Of a DNA stretch of 64,000 bases, positions 53,130 through 64,000 are shown piece by piece. The stretch is taken from positions 157,135 through 221,134 of the forward strand of contig NW_021836292.1 of assembly GCF_006345805.1 (NCBI RefSeq), read 5' to 3'. The notes under the pieces were generated by a model. It was given only the letters and a program-made list of their open reading frames with translations, did not search any database and was not told the DNA's origin. The position numbers and the translations under genes were made by a program. Numbering within the stretch: the stretch's first letter is position 1; each line of letters starts with the position of its first letter. The DNA is from Octopus sinensis. Lineage: Eukaryota.

Positions 53130-56100
53130 TATCATCGTCGTCGTCGTCGTTCAACATCTGCTTTCCATGCTGGCATGGGTTGGACAGTTTGACTGAGGAC
53201 TGGCAAGCCAGAAGGCTGTGCCAGGCTCCAATCTGATCTGGCAAGGTTTCTACAGCTGGATGCCCTTCCTAATTCCAACCACTCCACTAGTGCAGTGAGG
53301 CCCAACATTTGAAGGTGGTGCTTCACCACCTCATCCCAAGTCTTCCTGGGTCTACCTCTTACACAGGTTCCCTCTACTGCTAGGGTATAACACTTTTTCA
53401 CATAGCTGTCCTCATCCATACAGAACACATGACCGTACCAGCACATTAGTCTCTCTTGCACACCAAATCTGATGCTTCCCATATCCAACTTTTCTCTCAG
53501 GACACTTACACTCTGGCATACTGACATTACACATCCAGCGGAGCATACTAGCTTCATTTCTTTCAAGCTTACACATGTCCTCAGCAGTCATGGCCTACGT
53601 TTTACTGCCATGCAGCATGGCTGTTCACACACATGCATCATACAGTCTACCTTTTACACTGAGCGAGAGTCCCTTTATCACCAGCAGAGGTAAGAGCTCT
53701 GAACTTTGCCCAGGCTATTCTTATTCTAGCAGTGATACTCACAGAGCATCCACCCCACTACTGACTTGGTCACCTAGGTAACAGAAGCTATCAACTACTT
53801 CTAGTTTTTTTTCCCCTAGCATGTGACAGAAGCTGTTTTCTGTACATTTTCAGTGTTTATTGCCCCTGAGCATTTGCCACACACAAAAACTATCTTCCCA
53901 GTTAACCTTCCTTTGATATTGCTGTATCTCCTAGACCTTACTTCCATACCTGAAACTCCTCTAGTTCTGATAGTGACTCAGTTATTAGAGCAAGGTCATC
54001 AACATAGAGAAGCTTCCGGGGGAATCCTGTCTTGAATTCTTCTGTTATTGCCTGGAGTACTATGATGAATAAGAGGGGGCTGAGGACTGATCCTTGGTGG
54101 ATTCCTACCCAGAATTCTTCACTATACTCATTGCCAACCCTCACCTTACTGACAGCATCCCTGTACATGGCTTGCACAGCTCTCACTAACTACTCATCTG
54201 TCTCTAGTTTCTGCATTGACCAATAGATAAGGGATCAGGGGACCCTGTCAAAGGCTTTCTCAACGAAAGCCAGGTGGAGATGTTTATCTTTGGCTAGGTA
54301 TTTCTTCTGCAGCTGTTTTACCAGAAATCAGTGGTGCTTTTCCCTAGCACAAACCCAAACTGCATCTCATCTAAACTAACTCTCTCCTTGATAAGTTGGG
54401 CTATGACCCTCTCCGTGACTTTCATTACCTGATCCAACAACTTGATACCTCTGTAATTATTCGTATCTAATGCATCACCTTTACCTTTGTAGCAGTTGAC
54501 TATGGTGCTGCTACACCAGTCATTGGGTATGACTCCTTCATATATCACCTGATTGACTATATGGATGACTAGACTATAGCCGACACCACCAGATATTTTA
54601 AGCATCTCTGCGGTGATCCCTAATGGGCTGTGGGCTTTCCCTGTCTTTATACCCTTAATTGCTTTATCTACCAAGGTACTGTCAATTCAGATAGCTGGTC
54701 CCTTAGTGGGTCAACATTCAGCAGACTCTCTTTTTCCCATTCATTCTCTTCATTTAGCAACCTTTCATAGTGGTGTCTCAAAGTCTCTCTCTTTGCAGCA
54801 TCATTAAATGCAAGTGAGCCATCATCCACGTGGATATATTTCTCCTATGACATTACAATTCTCTCTCTCACACTGTCTTGCAACACAAAACATGACGCAG
54901 AACATTGGCAAATTTGTTTTCTTCTCTGCTTCCCCTCTGGCTAAATAAACTTGTCTCCTAGCTTCCCTTCTGGCAATCTGATACAATTCCCTACTACCAC
55001 TGTTCTTCCAGTCCTTTCATGCCTGTTTCTTTTTCCCTAATGGCACTGTCAACTACATTATTCCACCACCACATTACCTTGGATCAAGAGGGAACTTTGC
55101 ACCATCCACAGATCTAGTCAGTAGCCCTCAACAGGTTGTCCCATAGGAACCTCCAGTTGTCTTCCACATGATGCTATATCCTCCTCTATTTCATCAGAAG
55201 CTTTGAGTAAAACATCTCTAAATCTCTGTCCATTCATAGGATCCTTAAGCTTCCAGACCCTTCTTTTCCATGCTGGTCGTTTTCTGGGCATCTATTTAGC
55301 CCTGATCCTGAAGTCACTAACTACTAATTTATGACACAGAGTATATTCTTAACCTGGGAATGTTTTGGCATTTATAAGTAGCCATCTTTCCCATTTCCTG
55401 GTGAGGATGTAGTCAATTTGAGTAGTGTGTCCACCAGACCAGTAGATGAATAGGTGACTGGCAGGTTTCTTGAAGTTAGTATTACAAACCATAGGATCAT
55501 TTGCATCACAAAACTCCAGCAGCCTGGTTCCCTCCTCATTGCAGGAACCAAAACCATGGCCACCACGTACGCCATGGAAGCCCCCTGCATCCTGCATGTT
55601 GTCCAACGTGCCCACTAAAGTCGCCAGCCACAAAGAGAAGGTCCTTGTCATTTGTTGACGAGGTAGTCTGCAAGAGGGTATCATAAAATCTGTACTTCTG
55701 TTCATCAGGTAGCTCTGGCTGAGGAGTATAAGCCGAGATAATGGTTGCTAATCCATGTTGCAGCACTAACCTAAGCTTAAGTATTCTATCACAGACTCAA
55801 TTACCTTACCAACCCATTTCTCTGCAAGAAGTATACCCACGACCCCATCAGTGTTCCTTACCCAGAAAATCTTATACCTATGTTCTTTGCCTGTGATGAA
55901 GCTAGCAGAACTTCCTCTCCACCTTACTTCTTGGAAGCAGTACAAATCTATATGTCTCCATTCAAGCATCTCAGTAATCTCACCAGATCTACCTTTCAAT
56001 GTGCCAACATTAAGTGTGCCAACTCTGAGGGTGTGGAAGGTGTCGGCCTGTAAAGACCCTGGGATGGGAGGCAGCAACATCATGTACCTGAAAAGAAAAC

Positions 56101-56420
56101 TCACATGTGGCAGAACTCATAAACATACAACAGCTTTTAACCTGCATACACTACACCATCATTTTATGCACTACATAATCACTACATCACATAGGAGATA
56201 AACCCTAAGTAGGGGTGGGGGAGCATTAAGCCTTTGGAAGTGTTCAGAGGAAAGACATCTGATAGAGGTCAGAGGATAAACATTTCCAGTACAGTTGGTA
56301 GGGGTGGGAAGGGCGGTCACACCACAAAACAGCAAAAACTCAGGCTGTCGGTGTGAAAGAATAGAAATAATAATAATGAGACAGTAGTGGGCATTTGCAT
56401 TCTTAACTAGAGCTATAACC
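53130..56420 (-). mobile_element. Near full-length degenerate RTE-clade LINE
   Basis: Fragments LRVGTLNVGTLKGRSGE..FQEVRWRG, VAGDFSGHVG, TQIDYILTRK, NYRGIKLL, QGSVLSPLLF..LLYVDDL and WYGHV..RGRPRKTW. The 3' end has a (GAC)n tail. Many stops and frameshifts. Confidence 0.88.
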
Positions 56421-57194
56421 AACAGTTTTCAGTCAACCAAACTGTGACAAAGTTAGATAAATGAAAATAATAAATGAGCATGAAAGAGAGGAAGAAAGGA
56501 GAAAGAGGGAAAATTGGATTGAGAGTGGAGATCTTAAGTTTTTTTTTTCTCTCTAAACATACGGCATGGAAGACAAAACTGTGTTTACATAGATGATGAA
56601 ATGAAATAATAAAGTAATTATAATTTGCACTGTAAAAGAGGTTTTAGATGTGTGCTAGATTGGAAAACAAAGTTGTTTATTTGAACATCTGATTTCTACT
56701 CCATGTGGCAAGGTATTAAAATACAAGGTAGGGGAATCTGAACGAGCTAGTTTATATAGGGTGGGTAGAGTGGAGATAAAGTGTTGGGAGAAGCAAGTGG
56801 TTAACGAAACTGAGAGAGAGAGAGACCAGAGTTAGGCTGGTCAAAGACAGAACACAAGGTGACAGAATTTTCGGGAATCTGTTTAATAATGAGATTTTAT
56901 GTAATTATGAACACCTTGATATAAGCTCATTTGGGTAGTTTGGTAACATAGAACAAAGCATAGATTCGTATAAGAAAGAACTTCAGGCAACATCAAATAA
57001 TGAAACTAAAACCTTTAAAGGCGACCACCATGGATAACTACAAAAGGTGTTTTTGACAATCTTTTTAAAGGAGTTTCATGATTTAAAACTGACCATCTGG
57101 AATAATCCCAAAGTTGCTACTATAAGCTACTAAAAGTTATGGAAGAATTGCTGGTATATACATATGCATATACATATATATGTAAATATGTACA

Positions 57195-57231
<37 letters not shown>

Positions 57232-57326
57232 TCAATATAGGGTGGCAAAAAATTTTGTAGAATTTTTTTGCCACCAGCGGCCTAGTGGGAAAAAATCAAA
57301 TAGTCATAGACCATTTTTAAGTTCAA

Positions 57327-57726
57327 CATCACAATCAAGGAACGGCCATAATAGGCCATTCACCCACTAGAAATAACAGCCAAAGCTTCAACCGCAAAAT
57401 AACATTAATTCCGTAAACCAGGAGAAAATTAAAAAACATTTACCCTGTAATTTCTTATACGATGCACCGTTTCATCTACTGTTTAATGGTAAACTAACCT
57501 GATTAAATTAAATCAAGCCAATCTTCCAAGATTGGCTTGATTTAATTTAATCAGGTTAGTTTACCATTAAACAGTAGATGAAACGGTGCATCGTATAAGA
57601 AATTACAGGGTAAATGTTTTTTAATTTTCTCCTGGTTTACGGAATTAATGTTATTTTGCGGTTGAAGCTTTGGCTGTTATTTCTAGTGGGTGAATGGCCT
57701 ATTATGGCCGTTCCTTGATTGTGATG
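57327..57726. repeat. Perfect palindrome: two 199-bp arms with a 2-nt spacer
   Basis: 57327-57525 is the exact reverse complement of 57528-57726 as checked by eye. The centre is GCCAATCTT-CC-AAGATTGGC. Confidence 0.95.
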
Positions 57727-58454
57727 ATATATATATATATATATACACACACACTATGTACTTATTGCAGGTATAAATTCAACATAACCCTATGCATGCC
57801 TCACCAAAATATTACCATGCCCCACCGGTGGGCCATGTGCCCCACGTTGGTAATCACGGGGCTAGATAAAGAAGTTCACAACACTTGTCCAGATTGCTAC
57901 ACTACACAAAGTCTTTTCATGTCACCTGGCAAAGGAAAGGGTGATCACACTTAGACTATTTACCACCTGCCGAGAAACTAATAAAGGAGTTTCTGTGCGA
58001 TCGTTCACCCTGCAAGAAATAACAGAAATTTCCATGTAATCACACTCTACCTTCTTAAAAATGGAAAGACACACTGCATGATATAGTTGTTAATTGATAA
58101 AGCAGAAATGGTCGCGACTATAACGCTTCGAATCTCGACCTGAAACAGGACTGACCTGGGGCTAAACAACAGCAACAGCCACCTATGGTACCACATGTTT
58201 GTTGAAACTGACCAGAAAACATGAGGACGACTGACACACCAAAAAGCAATTACCCTTTTTATACTTAAGCATAATTATTTGATAAAATAAAAATATTGGT
58301 TAATGTTTACATCTTGACCCGGAAATGAAAATTCAAAAAAAAATACTGGAATGGGTGTAAAACAATATGTAGGAAAAGAATACGAAAAAGAAATGCACGC
58401 AAAGCAACAGGCGGGTGGAGAGAGGACTTAGGAAAATTCACAAAATCTGAGTTT

Positions 58455-58473
58455 TTCCCTCATAACTTTTAAT

Positions 58474-58519
<46 letters not shown>

Positions 58520-58529
58520 CGTATGTATG

Positions 58530-58580
<51 letters not shown>

Positions 58581-58626
58581 ATGTATATATATATATATAT
58601 AATATATATATATACATGTATGTATG

Positions 58627-58659
<33 letters not shown>

Positions 58660-58671
58660 TATACATGTATG

Positions 58672-58712
<41 letters not shown>
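58455..58712. repeat. Compound (TA)n/TACATGTATG microsatellite
   Basis: Read directly. The same compound pattern resumes at 61489. Confidence 0.92.
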
Positions 58713-58713
<1 letters not shown>

Positions 58714-61490
58714 AACATATTTTCGAATGGATACTGCGAAGCAGTCGCTGTATTCAGTCAAACCAACAACTTAACAGTAGTTGGGCTCTACAGACCACCC
58801 CAAACGCCCCTACCATGCTTCAAGGAATGCCTCAACAGCATAAAGTGTTTCATTAAGCAGTGTCAACCTGACAACATTTTAATGATGGGAGATTTCAACC
58901 TTCCCGGGGTTGACTGGTCTACAAACAGTCTGCCGCCAGGTTCTTCTCTCTCAACCCCTGACAGGGAGGCAGTGGAATCGCTTCTTGACTTCATGGATGA
59001 CTTCTTCTTGTCCCAACTGGTACTCGAACCAACAAGATGTCACAAAAACGTCTTAGACCTAATTTTCAGCAATCACACTGATACTATCCACAATATTGCA
59101 GTGGAGAAAACCCTACTCTCCGACCATGACATGGTTCTCTGTGATCTGAGATTTCACTGGCCAAAATGCAAAACAAATGTCATCCCTCCTGCTCATCCAT
59201 TTGACACTATGGATTTCCACAATGCAAACTGGGAAGCGATCAATAATGATCTTGCACAAGTCGATTGGTCCTTCACGCACACATACACACCCACTAACAT
59301 CAAAAAGTCCTGGCAGTCACTTGTAGACACCATCACGAACATATGTGCAAGACACACCCCATTAAGATCTGCAAACAAATCTAAGTGTCGAATCCCTAGA
59401 AATAGAAAATCTCTCATAAGGAAAATTAAAAGAATCAACAAAAAGATCAACATGCTGAAATACTGTCAACAGCAACACACCAACCTGACTGCCATCTCGT
59501 CGCTAGAGATTAAAAAACATAAACTCCAAAACAACATGATGTCTATCATCAATAGTCAGCGAAGAGCTGAAGAGGCCTGGGCCATTGAGAAGATCAAACT
59601 CAATCCAAAGTGTTTTTCATTTGCAAAAAAACACAGAGTCACTGGTTCTACTGTTGGCCCTCTGATTGATGAAAATGGTACTCTTCAAGACAATGCCAAA
59701 ACCATGGGAGAAATATTGCAGAAACAATATTGCTCTGTTTTCAGCAATCCTGATATGACTGATCTGGGCTGTATCAGTGATGTTACTCCCCAATACACCT
59801 TATCGGACATAACATTTGGCGCTCCTGATGTCTTAGCAGCAATAAAGGAAATGAAGCATAATTCAGCAGTAGGTCCCGATAGGTTCCCTGCTTGTGTCTT
59901 GAAGATGTGTCAAAACCAACTTGCACCCCCTCTAGCCAATCTGTGGCGGAACTCATTGGATGCTGGATATATACCAGAAGACCTTCTATCCCAGTCTGTT
60001 GTCCCAGTTTTCAAAAAAGGAAACAAATCGCTTGCCGTGGAATTACCGTCCAATCTCACTCACCTCTCATATCATCAAGGTATTTGAGAGGGTGCTGAGA
60101 TCGCGTATGACTCACTTCCTTGAGAGTCATAATATGCTGAACCCCAACCAGCATGGATTCCGTAATGGGAGAGATTGCCTGACGCAGCTACTGCATCATT
60201 TTGATGACATTTTGAGAGCCTTGGGAGAGGGTTCCAACACTGATGTCATCTACCTTGATTTCAGCAAGGCCTTTGACAGGGTTGATCATAAGATCCTTCT
60301 GAGAAAGCTGTCCAATATTGGTGTCACTGGAAAGCTGCTGCAATGGATCAAGTGCTTCCTCTCTAACAGAACCCAACATGTTGTAGTCGAAGGAGTCAAA
60401 TCCAGCCCAGCCAAAGTCAGCAGTGGTGTCCCACAAGGCACTGTGTTGGGCCCACTTCTCTTCATCATCTACATAAATGATATTACTGACACCATCAAAC
60501 ACAGCAACATCAGAACCTTCGCTGATGATTCCAAGCTCCAGAAGGTCATCAATGGCGTGGATGACCGAATAAACCTTCAGTCAGACCTACTGGCTGTTGT
60601 CCAATGGGCGGAAAAGAATAACATGTTGCTAAATGAAGACAAATTCGAACTGATCCACTTTGGAAGGGAGGACGCTCTGAAACTCCCATACTCTCTTCCT
60701 TCTGGAGAAATTCTCATGGCATCCAACAACATCAGAGACCTGGGAGTAACAGTGGACAACAACATAAGCTGGGCTACACATATAAGCAGCAAAGTTGACA
60801 TGGCCCGCAGAATGTGTTCCTGGATTCTCAGAACCTTCCAGTCGAGAGATTCCCACGCTATTATCCTTCTCTTCTCCACTTTGCCCGACCCCACCTTGAA
60901 TACTGCTGTCCACTGTGGTCTCCCTACACAAAACAAAATATTATGAGAATTGAAGCTCCCCAAAGGTCAATCACAAAAAAGATAGATGGCATGTCAGACC
61001 TTGACTACTGGGGTAGACTAGAGAAGCTGAAATTGTATTCACTCCAACGACGCCGTGAACGCTACATTATCTGTATGATGTGAAAATATTCCATCAGCAC
61101 TGTCCGAATGATGTTGGCATCACCTTCAAAATGCATCAAGGCTTGGACCACGTGCCATCCGTCCACAACAAAAATCTAAATCGCATCACATAACGACAAT
61201 ACGGCACAACTATTTCACCTCAATTGGACCCACTCTCTTCAACATTACACCAGGACACGTCAAAAAAGAAACTGACCACACAAAATTCAAGAAGTCTTTG
61301 GACAAATTCCTTCAACAGTACCGGACAAACCACCCACACCCGGATATGTCTCCGCAAACAATAACTCTCTGCTCGAATGGGCCTTGGTGCCCAAATCCTG
61401 AACTGAAAGACTTCGCCAGGTGGTGCTATTAAGTTAGACATGGCCTGGGCCAATACTGGCCCAAAAACCTTTCTAAGTTATTCTAAGTTA
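58713..61490 (+). mobile_element. 5'-truncated CR1/L2-group LINE (part of APE plus RT), frameshifted
   Basis: [81 protein letters not shown] and LQRRRER. Ends in a TTCTAAGTTA repeat. Confidence 0.9.
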
Positions 61491-61512
61491 TATATATATA
61501 TATACATGTATG

Positions 61513-61549
<37 letters not shown>

Positions 61550-61580
61550 TATGTATGATATATATATATATATATACATG

Positions 61581-61619
<39 letters not shown>

Positions 61620-61703
61620 GTATGTATGAATATATATATAATATATATATATACACATGTATGTATGTATATAATATATATATATATTATATACACATGT
61701 ATG

Positions 61704-61740
<37 letters not shown>

Positions 61741-61960
61741 GTGTATGTATAATTATATATATATATATATACACATGTATGATGTATGTATATATATATA
61801 TATATATACATGTATGTATGTATATATATATATATATATATTATGTATGTAGTATATATATATATATATATATACACATGTATGTATGTATATATATATA
61901 TATAATATATATTACATATATGTATGATATATATATATATATAATATATATACATGTATG

Positions 61961-61996
<36 letters not shown>

Positions 61997-62060
61997 ATGT
62001 TGTATATATATATATATATATATATACATGTAGTATATATATATACAATATATATAATAA

Positions 62061-62102
<42 letters not shown>

Positions 62103-62278
62103 TATATATATACATATTATATATATATACATATTATATAATACTATATTAGTACATATAGATATATATATAATATATAATACATATATATATATATATA
62201 CATAGATATTATATATATATATATTATATAGATATATATATATATATATATATATATAGATATATACATATATAGTAT

Positions 62279-62363
<85 letters not shown>

Positions 62364-62367
62364 ATAC

Positions 62368-62409
<42 letters not shown>

Positions 62410-62559
62410 TATATATAATATATATATATATATATTATATATAATATATATATATATATATACATAATATATATATATATATACATATAATATATATATA
62501 TACATATATATATTATATATATATATATATATATACATTATATATATATATATAATATA

Positions 62560-62595
<36 letters not shown>

Positions 62596-62598
62596 TAC

Positions 62599-62654
<56 letters not shown>

Positions 62655-62837
62655 CATATGTATGTATATATATATAATATATATATATACATATGTATGT
62701 ATATATATATATATACATATGTATGTATATATATATATATATATATACATATGTATGTATATATATATATATATATATACATATGTATGTATATATATAT
62801 ATATATACATATGTATTATATATATATATATATATAT
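61489..62837. repeat. ~1.35-kb degenerate (TA)n/TACATGTATG array
   Basis: Read directly. Confidence 0.95.
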
Positions 62838-64000
62838 CAGCCGAAATTGCTAAGATGATCTGGTTCTTGACTGATGACTGAGGCTTAGTTCGAATGTCCC
62901 GTCCTGTGGTTCTGTGTCGTCTTGTGGTGTTTCATGTTCTTGTCCATGTCTGTAATTATTTTTACTGTTTACCTATATAATCGGAGGCGGCTACGTATCC
63001 ACAATTGTCCTTATACGATAAGTATATTTTTTCTCTAGCATTGATACAACTCTTAATCTGTCTCTTTCTCACTCTCTCTCTCCTCCCTTATTCCCCTTCC
63101 TTTCTTTCCCTCTCCATCGTCTCCCCCCCCCTTCACGTTTCTCTATCTCTCTCACCTCCAGCCCCCTCGATCTGTCTTTTCTTCTCCTCCCTCGTCCACC
63201 TTCTCTCTCTTTTCATCTGTCCCTTTCTCCTGTCTTTTGTTCTCACGTGACCGCTAGCCGCTGTTGAGCGCTCTTTTCGTTTCAGCAGTCGCAGAAGCAA
63301 CACGTATTTGTTCGTCTCCCTGCGGCCATTAGGCACAACTTCACAAGCCAGCCCCATACTCAACTCGTCCTGTCGAAAGACCCTTGTCCTACGTCCTGGT
63401 TTTGTTTTGTTGTTTATTTTTTATTTTTACCGTTATTGTTTTTACGTTTTTGTATTCTTATTGGTGTCCACATATTCTGTATTTTGTTCGTGTACTTCGT
63501 TCGTTTTCCGTCCTCGTGTTGTATACATTCGAAGCTTTCTTCCAGGGGATCTAATGCGCTTGGCTTAGATTTCCTTGGCGGCTGGCCATATCGGAGCAAT
63601 CTCAAGATTAATCAGCCGAAATTGCTAAGATGATATGTTCTTGATGATGACTGAGGGCTTCGAATGTCCCGTCTGTGGTTCTTGTGTCGTCTCTGTGGGT
63701 TTCATGTTCTTGTCCTGTCTGTAATATTTTTACTGTTTACCTATATAATCGGCGGCTACGTATCCACAATTGTCCTTATACGATAAGTATTTTTTCTCTA
63801 GCATTGATACGACTCTAATCTGTCTCTTTCTCTCTCTCTCTATCCTCCCTTATTCCCCTTCCTTCTTTCCCTCTAATCCGTCTCCCCCCCATTCTACGTT
63901 TCTCTATCTCTCTCACTCCAGCCGCCTCGATCTGTCTCTTCTCTCCCTCGTCCACCTTCTCTCTCTTTTCATCTATCCCTTTCTCCTGTCTTTTGTTCTC
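62838..64000. repeat. Tandem 775-bp repeat (one full unit plus a partial second unit)
   Basis: CAGCCGAAATTGCTAAGATGAT recurs at 62838 and 63613. The second copy differs mainly by small indels. Confidence 0.9.

Noticed and set aside
63560-63640. Hammerhead ribozyme at the 775-bp repeat junction
   Set aside because: No CUGANGA core in register with stem II, and no consistent stem I and stem III order.

Overview
AT-rich, microsatellite-dense animal genomic DNA. It is most consistent with an octopus or other coleoid cephalopod; this is an inference from the effector-less tandem C2H2 zinc-finger genes and the tRNA-headed SINE families. The only clear host genes are two minus-strand C2H2 zinc-finger paralogues (42896-44005 and 50615-51637). 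The rest is transposable elements and simple repeats: two head-to-tail Tx1-clade LINEs, R4/Dong-like, Penelope-like, RTE, CR1/L2-group LINEs, mariner, pogo/Tigger, hAT, Helitron-like non-autonomous elements, MITEs and at least four SINE families. Main points of interest: (1) Tx1 LINEs that appear to target (GATA)n, since all three long GATA arrays in the window abut their ends, plus an R4/Dong-like fragment embedded in (CATA)n; (2) head-plus-(body)n SINE arrays sharing one hairpin-forming junction; (3) a triple-nested SINE; (4) a 950-bp foldback element with 240-bp inverted arms and an 8-bp TSD; (5) a perfect 400-bp palindrome that may be an assembly artefact. All alignments and translations outside the ORF track were done by eye, so many boundaries are approximate.
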